Positions 1-9,182 of a stretch of 34,690 nucleotides of DNA are shown here, piece after piece. The notes below the pieces were generated by a model. The model did not search any database, had not been told where the DNA came from, and was given only the letters and a program-made list of their open reading frames with translations. Both the position numbers and the translations under genes were made by a program. Position 1 is the stretch's first letter. Each line of letters starts with the position of its first letter. Location: positions 1 to 34,690 of the IMG/VR virus record IMGVR_UViG_3300011339_000248. The stretch is one strand, 5' to 3'. Origin of the DNA: a virus (Duplodnaviria > Caudoviricetes).

Positions 1-118
1 TTTTTTTTGATTTTTAATATTTTTGGTTTTTGGTTTGTTATCAATCAATTACATAACAAATATACAACCTGTAAACACATTATCCAAATATTTTACACAC
101 TTTGTGATGAACGGTAAA
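1..118. repeat. Copy of 33815-33932
   Basis: 118-bp match with three mismatches (positions 13, 16, 50). Confidence 0.9.
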
Positions 119-137
119 TAAAGCTGATGAACGGTAA

Positions 138-1289
138 TTAAACGAATGAATACCTTCCATTACCCCTTTTCATATTGTAATTATTCCAAGCCAAAGCCAA
201 TGCCATTACACAGTCATCGTGAAATCCACTAGGCGCAGAATACTTTACCCCATTTGCCGTGAACTGATATTCAAAGACCTGCAGTTCATTTGTGATTGCG
301 CCTTCAGGGAATCCAATTTTTTGTTGTTGTATGGCAGTTGCTAGACCTTCCATTAGTTGCTGCTTGCTTGAACTCGTAAACTTCAGACCTTCTATTGCTA
401 TGCCTTCCCTTTGCAAGTCCTCTAGGATAGGGTCGCCTACACCTGTACTATCCACCAATATAGGGCATCTAGGCAGCCTTTTTATATTCTCCTTAGTATT
501 ATGCCAATCCATTTGATACCTGTCAAAATAAGCCACGTTCCCTGCATTATCAAGACCTATTATAACCGTATGGTCTACAGACTTTGCAAGGTCAATACCA
601 AATGCAACTATTTGTTGGTTGCTAATTGGCTTAGTGCAGTTAGTAATAAATTGGTTACCAAATGGGTTTGCACTATTCTCTGAAGGGTTAGCCATATACT
701 CCTGCTCAAACACTACATTTGGCAATTGCATCCTAGCTTCATCTATTTCCATTGGGTCTATGAAAGGATTATCATAACTAGTAAACTTAAAGGATGCCCA
801 ATCATTTTCACCTGCTTTCATAAACAAGCTATAGAAATAGTTTTTACCTCTAGGTGTAGATAAGAAGATTGCCTTCCCTTTGTAATCGGTTAGGGTTGGT
901 CTAATACTATTTTGCCATCCTGATTCTAGGTCAGGTATAAAGGATGCTTCATCTATAATAACCAAATGAAACTTTCTACCTCTTAGGTTATCTAATCGTT
1001 CTCCTGTGAAGAACTCTACCTGTCCACCATTAGGGAAGTCTATTTTTAAATCAGACTTGTTTTTAGGCAATTCTAGGGATTCAGTCAGCTTACTGAAGAA
1101 AACCTTAGCTAATCCATAAGTAGGGGTTATATAAGCCACAGAAAGACCTTTAACGGCATATGTAACAGAAAGTATCTGTGATAGTTCTGATTTACCGAAT
1201 CTACGACCACACATAACTACCCTGAATCTTTTATCACATTCTAGGATTCTCTGTTGGTTTTCGTGTGGATTAGGTAGGAATATTTGCAT
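138..1289 (-). CDS. terL: Terminase large subunit
   Basis: Walker A-like GRRFGKS, LRG..F.LVIIDEA Walker B, STPRGKN coupling motif, nuclease GIDLA...D and C-terminal HDDCVMALALA. Confidence 0.95.
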   Translation of the reverse strand: MQIFLPNPHENQQRILECDKRFRVVMCGRRFGKSELSQILSVTYAVKGLSVAYITPTYGLAKVFFSKLTESLELPKNKSDLKIDFPNGGQVEFFTGERLDNLRGRKFHLVIIDEASFIPDLESGWQNSIRPTLTDYKGKAIFLSTPRGKNYFYSLFMKAGENDWASFKFTSYDNPFIDPMEIDEARMQLPNVVFEQEYMANPSENSANPFGNQFITNCTKPISNQQIVAFGIDLAKSVDHTVIIGLDNAGNVAYFDRYQMDWHNTKENIKRLPRCPILVDSTGVGDPILEDLQREGIAIEGLKFTSSSKQQLMEGLATAIQQQKIGFPEGAITNELQVFEYQFTANGVKYSAPSGFHDDCVMALALAWNNYNMKRGNGRYSFV

Positions 1290-1666
1290 TATAAAATGGT
1301 TTTACCATCTACAAAGATAACCTCTATTTTATTATCTGATTTAATATCCATCTGTTCTTTTGGTTTGCCATATACTCTAGTCAATAAAGTATCTAATGAA
1401 TACAGGCTGCCATTGCTCATAGATTTTAATATGGCTTTAGCAATAGTCTTTTCTAGTACAGTTGCTTTATCATTCGTGCTTACTGATTTTAGTTCTTCTT
1501 CATCCATAGACATTAAAGCCTGAATACTATCATTAATTTCTGATAGCTTATACCCCTGTTCTTTTAACAGGCTGACATATTTTCTAGGTCTACCATTGGG
1601 ATTGCCTGATTCCCCTGCTTCAAATGGTTTTGCTCCTATTGGTGTTACTCCTTTTTCAAATGGCAT
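1289..1666 (-). CDS. terS: Terminase small subunit (DUF5681-like)
   Basis: F..GESGNPNGRP motif, C-terminal GKPKE; coupled to terL start. Confidence 0.75.
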   Translation of the reverse strand: MPFEKGVTPIGAKPFEAGESGNPNGRPRKYVSLLKEQGYKLSEINDSIQALMSMDEEELKSVSTNDKATVLEKTIAKAILKSMSNGSLYSLDTLLTRVYGKPKEQMDIKSDNKIEVIFVDGKTIL

Positions 1667-1682
1667 TTCTGTAATATTTCTG

Positions 1683-2036
1683 TTATTTATCTAATTTTGC
1701 TTTAAAATGTTCACAAAGTACTTCCATCTTAGCTATGTAATAAGTTGTAAAGTCTTTGTACCCCTCGTTGTTTTGCTGATAGTTTATATATAAAATACCC
1801 CTCAATCTTTGTGATGGGGTTTTATTTGTGTCTAGGTCTGTTTTAATATCATCTAGATTATCTAGTTCTTCTTGTTGGAATGTTTCTTCTTTAATAGCTA
1901 TGTAACAATATCTTTGGTTCAGTTGGAATACCTGTGCTGCATTAGCAGGGGATAGTTCCTGTGTGCCAAAGGTTACCTTTATTGTTTTATCCTTTCTAGA
2001 TGTTAGTCCTTCTATTTGTGCAGCTAATATAATCAT
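1683..2036 (-). CDS. Hypothetical phage protein
   Basis: 117-aa ORF in the packaging gene run; KTPSQRLR motif. Confidence 0.7.
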   Translation of the reverse strand: MIILAAQIEGLTSRKDKTIKVTFGTQELSPANAAQVFQLNQRYCYIAIKEETFQQEELDNLDDIKTDLDTNKTPSQRLRGILYINYQQNNEGYKDFTTYYIAKMEVLCEHFKAKLDK

Positions 2037-2155
2037 TTGCCTTGTCCTCTACTAGGTTTTGGTTTTGGTGTATGTTTGTTATAGGACTTCTTTGCGTATC
2101 CTCTTTTGCGTTTTCCGAATGAAACTTTTGATGAATCGGTTTTACCTTTTGCCAT
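2033..2155 (-). CDS. Small basic peptide ending RGQGK
   Basis: Hand-translated MAKGKTDSSKVSFGKRKRGYAKKSYNKHTPKPKPSRGQGK; fills the gap exactly with an ATGA overlap. Confidence 0.7.
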   Translation of the reverse strand: MAKGKTDSSKVSFGKRKRGYAKKSYNKHTPKPKPSRGQGK

Positions 2156-2399
2156 TTAATTTCTCTTTATGTTTGCTTTTTAAATATTCCATATGTGTCT
2201 TAGTATCCCCCATCACCAAATGACATTGCCTACATAGTGCCATCAGATTATTTATATTGTCAGCCTTTTTATCACCGCCCATTCCCCTAGCTTCTATGTG
2301 ATGTATGTCTACTGCCTTAGCACCACAGGATTCACAAGGGATAAAATCTTCTATGCCATAACCAAAGTAATCTAAATATAGTTTAGTGTGTTTCTTCAT
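2142..2399 (-). CDS. HNH endonuclease (packaging-associated)
   Basis: CESC...DIHHI...NNLMALCRQCH. Confidence 0.9.
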   Translation of the reverse strand: MKKHTKLYLDYFGYGIEDFIPCESCGAKAVDIHHIEARGMGGDKKADNINNLMALCRQCHLVMGDTKTHMEYLKSKHKEKLNGKR

Positions 2400-2565
2400 T
2401 GAACATTATGAAGTTCAAAGATACGAATACAAATCCTATATTTAAACTCTTATGTAGTTCACCAAATTCATCTACTGAATAGCCTATTGAAATACCTAAT
2501 TGAATAGTTTCAGTTAATACCCCTAATGATATTCTAAAGCTACCAAATTGAAAATAGTATTCCAT
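2383..2565 (-). CDS. Hypothetical beta-rich hydrophobic protein
   Basis: 60-aa ORF overlapping both neighbours. Confidence 0.55.
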   Translation of the reverse strand: MEYYFQFGSFRISLGVLTETIQLGISIGYSVDEFGELHKSLNIGFVFVSLNFIMFNEETH

Positions 2566-3293
2566 TACTTGTCTATTTGTTTTAGCTTATTTATTGCCCA
2601 TTCAATACCTGAAGTGCCACCCCAAGCATCCCACATTAGACCACCACAACCTTCAGAATAAGGGACATCTTTACTTTGCTGATGTCTTTTAAATGATGCC
2701 ATCCTAGCTATTGTATCCCTAGATATATTTTCTTTATTTGCTAATTGATTTGCCCTAGCTTTACCTACTGCAGTTCCACATTCACCCCAACCATTTTCTT
2801 CTGCCCATTTCAATGCCCTTTTTGCATTGTTACTAGCAGATTCAGGATAGTCATTATAACTTTCTTGTAACTCAAATTTAACACCTCTAGCCTTTGGTAA
2901 AGCATTTACTTCTTTTATAACATCAGGATTATTGTCAGTATGTATTTCTATACCTAATGAATTAATTTTTTCTACCTTAGCTTTATTAGAACCTGTTGCA
3001 TAAACTCTATCTGCAGGAATGCCTAAATATTTTGCAGTACCTAACATAGATTCTTTATCACCTCTAGCTGAAATAATATAAACTAATTCACCTGCTGCAA
3101 TATCCCTTTTAGCTTTATCTTTACCTGCCTCTGTACTTAATACACCATCATAATCATAGCTTACTTTTTTAGCAGCATATTTGCCACTAGCTAAAATAGC
3201 TGCCCATACTTCTGCAGCCTTTTCGTGTGTGTCATAAACGCAACTACCTGTACCTATTCTGTACTTACCATTGCTACATTTGTATATCGGCAT
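2565..3293 (-). CDS. Tri-modular protein with central HAD-like phosphatase domain, probably head-associated
   Basis: SYDYDGVL (motif I), IISAR (II), K (III), HTDNN (IV); C-terminal module ending WDAWGG..G..WA. Confidence 0.65.
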   Translation of the reverse strand: MPIYKCSNGKYRIGTGSCVYDTHEKAAEVWAAILASGKYAAKKVSYDYDGVLSTEAGKDKAKRDIAAGELVYIISARGDKESMLGTAKYLGIPADRVYATGSNKAKVEKINSLGIEIHTDNNPDVIKEVNALPKARGVKFELQESYNDYPESASNNAKRALKWAEENGWGECGTAVGKARANQLANKENISRDTIARMASFKRHQQSKDVPYSEGCGGLMWDAWGGTSGIEWAINKLKQIDK

Positions 3294-4284
3294 TCCCTAT
3301 CAATTTATTATAAATAGCAAATCTTCTATTATTTATTGTGTGCAGGTTATAGTTGGTATTACAGTAATCAAATAGCTTCTGCCCATATTCCATTCTAGCT
3401 GCTTCATCAAAGGTCAATAGCTTTATCCATTTGTACCAATCCTGTTGGTTATTTACATAGCATACAGGCATATCTTTATAAGGATGCACGTTGCTAACTA
3501 TAGCAGGGTTTTTCTTAGATGCAGTTTCTAATACCTTTAGATTAGATTTCATTGCAGAGAATTTATTATCTACCAAAGGAATTATACTTATATCAGAATC
3601 AGCATAAGCACCCATATATTTACTAATTTCTGCATAATCATAAATAGTTGGATTAAGTTTCAATCCATTAGTGAATACCCCAATCATTCTATCCCATAGA
3701 TGTTTTTCCCCTAGATTATATCCTGCAATAACAGTTCTTACAGGGAAGTTAATCTTCTTCATTGGGTTACGCAATATATCTAAATCAGGAACGTGCGTAC
3801 CTGACCCTGACCAAAATAATCTAACCAAATCAGATTCTAATTTATTATCTTGGAACTGTTCCTCACCATATGGTAAAGCATTAGGGATTATTTCTACGTT
3901 TGTATTAAACTGATATATTTCTTCTGCAAGTCTTTCGTGTGTACAGGTGCAAAGGTCTGCCACTCGCATATATTCTGTTATGATATCTGTGATATTGCTT
4001 TCTCTATATCTTTGTGCTAGAACGTGCGAAGGTGGTAAAATCCAATAATCATCATTGTCTACTATTAATTTAAAGTTGTATTTAATCTTCATCTTTACTA
4101 ATAGTTTAGCATCAGTTGAAGCTAAGAATCTATTAAATAAAACTATGTCATAGTTATTATCAAATACTGCTTCATTTATTGTATCAGTTATCATACAATA
4201 GTCTTTGCGCATATTAACTAATGGCATCATAATCCTATGATAGCCAACCCCACTAAATTTATTTGTAATTGCTAGTATTCTCAT
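3274..4284 (-). CDS. Glycosyltransferase, GT-B fold (GT4-like)
   Basis: SGVGYHRI..P, D.DD, IIPNALP, DISIIPL..N.F...KSNLKVLE. Confidence 0.85.
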   Translation of the reverse strand: MRILAITNKFSGVGYHRIMMPLVNMRKDYCMITDTINEAVFDNNYDIVLFNRFLASTDAKLLVKMKIKYNFKLIVDNDDYWILPPSHVLAQRYRESNITDIITEYMRVADLCTCTHERLAEEIYQFNTNVEIIPNALPYGEEQFQDNKLESDLVRLFWSGSGTHVPDLDILRNPMKKINFPVRTVIAGYNLGEKHLWDRMIGVFTNGLKLNPTIYDYAEISKYMGAYADSDISIIPLVDNKFSAMKSNLKVLETASKKNPAIVSNVHPYKDMPVCYVNNQQDWYKWIKLLTFDEAARMEYGQKLFDYCNTNYNLHTINNRRFAIYNKLIGNADIQM

Positions 4285-4862
4285 AATGGCATATAGTATG
4301 CTTTAGTTCCGTTTGTATAATCTGATACGTTCTTATTGTGTAAGTCCCAAGTCTTTTTTACTAAGTCCATTTTATTATATCCATAGGCATCTGCTCCGTT
4401 CTGCTCTATATGTGTAGCTTTAGTAGATGGAATGAATTTAGTATGCAATCCTGCTGCCCTGCATCTAGTACAGTAATCTAAGTCTATTGCTCCATATGGG
4501 TCTAATTCCTCGTTAAATGCGCCTATCCTATTTATTGCTTCTTTTGATATTGTAAAGTTCCCAATCAAATCTAATGAATCACCGTTAAATCCATTTAATG
4601 GTATTGAGCATATGCCTATGGTATTATCCTGCATAAATTCATTCCTAGTTAATAACCAATTATCAGGCTCTAGTATATCATTGCCCATTATGGTTACATA
4701 ATCTATATTATTTAATTGCATTAATCCTTTATTGATTGCATATGCAATACCTGTTTCATCAATTATGCTAATTAAGTCTATGTGCTTACCTGCATTTTTA
4801 ATGTTATGAAACAAAGTTTCAATGTTTCTACTTTGGTAGTTTAAATATATTACTGCGTTCAT
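4281..4862 (-). CDS. Glycosyltransferase family 2-like
   Basis: GIAYAINKG, MGND, IGAFNE.L..YG..DLDYC.R. Confidence 0.8.
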   Translation of the reverse strand: MNAVIYLNYQSRNIETLFHNIKNAGKHIDLISIIDETGIAYAINKGLMQLNNIDYVTIMGNDILEPDNWLLTRNEFMQDNTIGICSIPLNGFNGDSLDLIGNFTISKEAINRIGAFNEELDPYGAIDLDYCTRCRAAGLHTKFIPSTKATHIEQNGADAYGYNKMDLVKKTWDLHNKNVSDYTNGTKAYYMPL

Positions 4863-5341
4863 CTAGGTTTGTTTTCTCCTAATTTTCTTGCAGGTACTCC
4901 TGCATATTTTGTATATGGTTCTGATTCCCCTTTAAAGAATGCACTTGCACCAATCATACAACCTTCATTAATTACACTAAACTGATGCAATACTGCATTA
5001 AGTCCTATGTTTGAATTTTGCATAATAGTAGAATGCCCTCCTATCTTTGCTCCGCAACTTATTGTAACATTAGATAATATCTTGCAATCGTGTCCTATAT
5101 GAGAATGCTTCATAATATAACAATTATGCGCAATCATTGTGGTATCTGTTGTACCTGCATCTATTGTAACCAATCCTGTAATAATATTATTATCCCCTAT
5201 AAATACTTTGCCCTTTGGCTTGTCCCAATACCTTTTATGTTCTGCAGGGTCGCCTATAATACAATAAGCACCTATATAATTGTTATCCCCTAGTATAACA
5301 TTATCCCCTATTATTGCAGTTGGATGTATATAATTAGCCAT
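4859..5341 (-). CDS. Hexapeptide-repeat acyltransferase (LpxA/NeuD-like)
   Basis: IHPTAIIG, HIGHDC, GGH, terminal GVPAR; left-handed beta-helix repeats. Confidence 0.9.
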   Translation of the reverse strand: MANYIHPTAIIGDNVILGDNNYIGAYCIIGDPAEHKRYWDKPKGKVFIGDNNIITGLVTIDAGTTDTTMIAHNCYIMKHSHIGHDCKILSNVTISCGAKIGGHSTIMQNSNIGLNAVLHQFSVINEGCMIGASAFFKGESEPYTKYAGVPARKLGENKPR

Positions 5342-5645
5342 TTATTTTTGGTTTGCGACCACGTTTTTTTGGTTCTATAATTTCTTGATTATCAACTACT
5401 TCACTTTTTTCACTTTTTTCATTTTCTATTGGTAAATTTTCATAATATTTATAAAGTCTTAATACCATATCCATTCTACAGTTACCACACCAAATAGTCA
5501 AAATAAAATTAGGGTCTATGTATGTTCTATATATATGCTCATACATTTTCATAATACTTAAATCTAAGTTTCTAAGAAATCCACTTTGTGCAGTTTCATA
5601 GTTATTATAATGTTCTTTTAAATATTGCCTATGTTCTAGTTCCAT
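5334..5645 (-). CDS. Hypothetical protein with CxxC motif and basic tail
   Basis: WCGNC; KKRGRKPK. Confidence 0.7.
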   Translation of the reverse strand: MELEHRQYLKEHYNNYETAQSGFLRNLDLSIMKMYEHIYRTYIDPNFILTIWCGNCRMDMVLRLYKYYENLPIENEKSEKSEVVDNQEIIEPKKRGRKPKING

Positions 5646-5875
5646 ATTTTATATATTAAAGTTTCAACAATAGATGCCATAAAGCCTGATATAAATAAAA
5701 CACTTGCAATGTTTACAATTAGTTCAGGTGTGAAATACAATACAACCGCAATCCACGCAGCCAAACAACTTCCGCAACTGAAAGGCTTGAAGTTGATTCT
5801 CCATTTACGATGTAAGTTGTGGATAGTATTAAAAAATAATGATGCACAGATACTAGTTAAAATTATTTGAATCAT
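5636..5875 (-). CDS. Small membrane protein with CxxC motif
   Basis: KPFSCGSCLAAW flanked by hydrophobic helices. Confidence 0.7.
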   Translation of the reverse strand: MIQIILTSICASLFFNTIHNLHRKWRINFKPFSCGSCLAAWIAVVLYFTPELIVNIASVLFISGFMASIVETLIYKIWN

Positions 5876-6354
5876 TTTCGTATGTGTTTTTTCAGTTCGT
5901 TTTTAGTTTGTTTTAAAGTTCTTATAATAGACATATAAGGAATGCCTGTTTGCCTACTCAATTCCTTTGCATTCTTATTAAAATCAAAAGTATATAGTCT
6001 TAATATTTCTTTCTGATACCAATGCAAATTTTCAATCCCCTGTTCCATTACATCTATCACACTATTGTTTTCTACTTCAGCAACTTCTTTTCCATTATAT
6101 TCTGTATAGTTCCTATACTTTTTCCAAAATTGGCTTCTATCAGATTTAATCATATTAAGCATAGTTCTAACTATGTAAAATCTAATTTCATTCCTTTCAA
6201 ATAAGCCAAATAACTTTGAATCTTCCATATCCAATAAAACCATAAACACTTCTACCTTTAAATCATATTGCAATTCTTCAGGCTGCATCTTTGCAAATGC
6301 TTGATTTACTTCATCATTAAGCCAATATTGCTCTATAATTTTATTTTTATCCAT
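5872..6354 (-). CDS. ECF sigma-factor-like protein (probable late transcription regulator)
   Basis: Region-2-like DL..EVFM.L segment and region-4 HTH (AKELSRQTGIPYMSIIRTLK). Confidence 0.7.
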   Translation of the reverse strand: MDKNKIIEQYWLNDEVNQAFAKMQPEELQYDLKVEVFMVLLDMEDSKLFGLFERNEIRFYIVRTMLNMIKSDRSQFWKKYRNYTEYNGKEVAEVENNSVIDVMEQGIENLHWYQKEILRLYTFDFNKNAKELSRQTGIPYMSIIRTLKQTKNELKKHIRK

Positions 6355-6647
6355 TCAATTAGTACAGGCTGATTTTCTTTTTCTGTACAAATATATACAA
6401 TTCCACCACAACTATGAATATCTTCTAATCTTTCTTTTTGTTCAGCACTTAACTTATCACCTATTTTTTTTACTTCTACTGCTACATATTTACCATCTGA
6501 TGTATAACCTTGAAGGTCTGCCCATCCTTTTTGTATTGTTCCTTTTCGCTTACCATATGGAATATTATTAACTCTGTTAAGCCTGTAACCAATAAACTCT
6601 AAATTTTTTTTTGCCCATTTAGTTAGGTCGTTTGCCGATATGTCCAT
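6333..6647 (-). CDS. VRR-NUC (PD-D/ExK) nuclease
   Basis: GWADL...AVEVK...LSAEQ...GG. Confidence 0.85.
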   Translation of the reverse strand: MDISANDLTKWAKKNLEFIGYRLNRVNNIPYGKRKGTIQKGWADLQGYTSDGKYVAVEVKKIGDKLSAEQKERLEDIHSCGGIVYICTEKENQPVLIEWIKIKL

Positions 6648-6805
6648 AGTAAATCGTAAAATTGTTTTTTAAATTTAAGTCTATTTATGCCATCAATTGC
6701 ATCCTGCCTAGTTGGATAGCAATCAAAAAAGTTGATAGTGTAACAATATTTAACACTACCACAATAGGTATATTTAACCTGAAAGACCCTCAAAGTATTT
6801 GACAA
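6623..6805 (-). CDS. Hypothetical protein
   Basis: 60-aa ORF bridging neighbours. Confidence 0.45.
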   Translation of the reverse strand: MSNTLRVFQVKYTYCGSVKYCYTINFFDCYPTRQDAIDGINRLKFKKQFYDLLWTYRQTT

Positions 6806-7514
6806 GTGCTAATTTTTTACATTGTGTATCAATAAAATCATCATCTTTTAGTTTTTTGCTAAACTCCTTTGCATCTAATCCATCTAATTTATTCATTTTC
6901 ATTAGGTTATCTTCCCTAACCATCCTGATAATTTGTAACATTTCATCAGGTTCAAATTTTAATTTTCCCTGTTTTAGTAAAATGTTAAATACCTTGTTGG
7001 CATTAAATACCCTATTAAAGTCATTTTTAGCCGATTGTAGCCACTCTTTCTGTGTGAATGATACAATATCATCATCAGATAATTTTGGCGGCTCTATTTC
7101 GTTTATAATCGGTTTTATCATTTTTCTAACTTCTAATGCTTTTTTTGTGTAGGCTAACATAACCTGACCTATAAACTTTGGACTGAACTTTTCATAGTGT
7201 TCTGTGCTACAGTCTAACTTACCCTGTACTGCCATCTTGAATGCTAACCTAAATTCTTCAACTGTAAACAATGGGTAGCTAGTTCTGATAAAATCTTCAA
7301 TGACTACCATTTCCTGTGTATCAGGATATTTAGTAAATCCTAACAATGTAAAGATGTAAGCTAAATTTTCTTTCAATGTTATGGGTGAAACTAGATTTAG
7401 TTTGTTCCCTTTAAATGCTTCAGCTATAGCATTATCAACTATGAACCCACTTTGCAAGGGCATCCATTCGTTCTTTGCTTGTGGCAGTTGGGTTAAGTGT
7501 TTTTGAATTTCCAT
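6774..7514 (-). CDS. Replication-associated protein (possible helicase loader/accessory)
   Basis: Directly downstream of and overlapping the initiator; no catalytic motif recognised. Confidence 0.45.
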   Translation of the reverse strand: MEIQKHLTQLPQAKNEWMPLQSGFIVDNAIAEAFKGNKLNLVSPITLKENLAYIFTLLGFTKYPDTQEMVVIEDFIRTSYPLFTVEEFRLAFKMAVQGKLDCSTEHYEKFSPKFIGQVMLAYTKKALEVRKMIKPIINEIEPPKLSDDDIVSFTQKEWLQSAKNDFNRVFNANKVFNILLKQGKLKFEPDEMLQIIRMVREDNLMKMNKLDGLDAKEFSKKLKDDDFIDTQCKKLALVKYFEGLSG

Positions 7515-8070
7515 ATCTTAGTTTGTTTTTTGTCCAAGTATTTATTCTTCTTTTAACATCAAAGAATTTTTCTAACTCATAACGCAATTTACCTTTTTTA
7601 TTTGGTTCGCACCAATATTCAATAAATTCATTATAAGATTCACCTAATATTTCTTTATACTCATTGATACTATTAATAAATAATTCTTTGTTATTTACAT
7701 TTACATTTACATTTTCCATATGACCTATCATATGTGTGGTCATATGACCTACTTCTTTTTCTTTGTTTTTAGTATGTTGATTTTTGCCTGAAATGTTGTT
7801 GCGCCTAGATTCCGTGAAAGTTTTCCTACGTTCTTTTTCTAGGTCTAATCGTTCATTATACCAATTACCTTCAGCATCTTGTACAAACTTGTCCTGTATC
7901 TTGACCCAAATTTGACCTACCGTTTGACCAATCATATGTGTGGTCATATGACCTCTATTAAATTGCAACATTAACAGTTCCATATATGCACCTTTTTCTT
8001 CAAAGGTCATACCCATTGTTCCCCCAATGTAATCATTTGGGTAAAATAAAAATGCAGGGTCTTTTGACAT
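7435..8070 (-). CDS. Replication initiator-like protein (DUF1376/YdaU-like N-terminus)
   Basis: PAFLFYPNDY...MTFEEKGAYMELL; C-terminal F.EYW...TW helical domain; internal iterons. Confidence 0.75.
   Translation of the reverse strand: MSKDPAFLFYPNDYIGGTMGMTFEEKGAYMELLMLQFNRGHMTTHMIGQTVGQIWVKIQDKFVQDAEGNWYNERLDLEKERRKTFTESRRNNISGKNQHTKNKEKEVGHMTTHMIGHMENVNVNVNNKELFINSINEYKEILGESYNEFIEYWCEPNKKGKLRYELEKFFDVKRRINTWTKNKLRYGNSKTLNPTATSKERMDALAKWVHS
7717..7954. repeat. Two clusters of 12-bp-period iterons (probable origin)
   Basis: 7717-7752 and 7901-7954 share ATCATATGTGTGGTCATATGACCT; flank an AT-rich spacer within the initiator gene. Confidence 0.7.
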
Positions 8071-8160
8071 AAAATAAAAATGGGGTTCAGATTCCCTGCT
8101 AGTCGCATTAGCAGTTCATCTTCCCCCCAATATTGTTTATAAACTAAATGCGACTTAGTT
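8071..8160 (-). promoter_or_regulatory. Structured leader/attenuator upstream of the initiator
   Basis: Hairpin CTGCTA/TAGCAG inside a GGGG/CCCC stem with U tract; loop complementary to 8147-8155. Confidence 0.5.
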
Positions 8161-8165
8161 TCTAG

Positions 8166-8594
8166 TTATTTACTTGACAAATATAAAGCATATTTATCCA
8201 TTTCTTCACAAAGTTGTTCTATTTTTTCTTTGTACCAATATTCAGTTCTCATTATATCCCTACACTTAGTGATTGAATATAATACTGTTGTATGGTCTTT
8301 AACTCCTATATAAGAAGTTATTTCTGATAGGCTTAACTTTGTATACATTCTCAACATATAAGCTGCTGCCTGTCTGCCAAAAATTGTTTTTTGCTTTCTG
8401 TTATTTGCTTTTATATCTGTGCTAAATACTTCTTCAACTAACTGTACAATCTTTTCAGGCTTGATAGTTTTATCTGTTACAGGCAATCTAACATCATCTA
8501 AAATTACACCTTCTTTAATTAAAAGGTTTTGTAGGTAGTTAAAGCTATCTTTTTGCATTACATATGCAGCATATATTTCTTCTTTGTTTGTCAT
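8166..8594 (-). CDS. DnaA C-terminal (domain IV) HTH-like protein
   Basis: RQAAAYMLR..TKLSLSEI...IG.KDHTTVLYSI. Confidence 0.85.
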   Translation of the reverse strand: MTNKEEIYAAYVMQKDSFNYLQNLLIKEGVILDDVRLPVTDKTIKPEKIVQLVEEVFSTDIKANNRKQKTIFGRQAAAYMLRMYTKLSLSEITSYIGVKDHTTVLYSITKCRDIMRTEYWYKEKIEQLCEEMDKYALYLSSK

Positions 8595-8596
8595 AA

Positions 8597-8791
8597 TTAA
8601 AATTCTAAATCTTTGTTTTCACTTTTCATTACATAAGTATCTTCATAAATCTGATAGTCAGGATGGGAATTTTTATCTTTATATTTGTTTTCCCACATTG
8701 AATACCTTTTCCCTTCTATGGTAAAGTTAATTACAATACCTTTTGTGGTTTCTTTTTTCCAAGCACCATATTTCTTTTTTTCTTCTGACAT
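8597..8791 (-). CDS. Small putative ssDNA-binding protein (DUF736-like)
   Basis: GAWKK...N..K....PDY, ends DLEF. Confidence 0.5.
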   Translation of the reverse strand: MSEEKKKYGAWKKETTKGIVINFTIEGKRYSMWENKYKDKNSHPDYQIYEDTYVMKSENKDLEF

Positions 8792-9003
8792 TACTTTGTG
8801 TTTTTAATAAGTGAATACTTTGCTACAAATTTAGGGTTTTTTTTAGTACCTACATTTACTCTTTCGGTAATTATATTATGCCCTTCATCTTTAAGATTAA
8901 ATACTATTGCAGCTAATCTTAATGTCCCATACTTTCTTAATGCTACTAATGGGGTTAATGGTTCTTTTTTAAGGTGATTAAGCACCTGTGTTTGTTGGCT
9001 CAT
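8791..9003 (-). CDS. Winged HTH protein
   Basis: Q..QVL.HL....LTPL.AL..YG..RLAA....LK..G..I. Confidence 0.8.
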   Translation of the reverse strand: MSQQTQVLNHLKKEPLTPLVALRKYGTLRLAAIVFNLKDEGHNIITERVNVGTKKNPKFVAKYSLIKNTK

Positions 9004-9181
9004 TTTGTTTGTTTTTTAATTTTGAGAAATTATATTGATTGTTTAAAGACATTGCATTGTGAATTAACTTTTTATCACGATATTGACTAGATACATTTAA
9101 TCTTTTAACCCATTCATTAAAGTCTAATCTTTCATCAGGAAAAGCAATTCTACTTAATTTAATACCCCATTTGTTTTCCAT
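8978..9181 (-). CDS. Hypothetical protein
   Basis: 67-aa ORF in the early operon. Confidence 0.6.
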   Translation of the reverse strand: MENKWGIKLSRIAFPDERLDFNEWVKRLNVSSQYRDKKLIHNAMSLNNQYNFSKLKNKQNEPTNTGA

Positions 9182-9182
9182 A

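Noticed and set aside
1-20. Inactivated start codon (ATG to ATT) in the left-end copy of the 33832 gene
   Set aside because: Mismatches cluster at the extreme contig end and are likely read errors.
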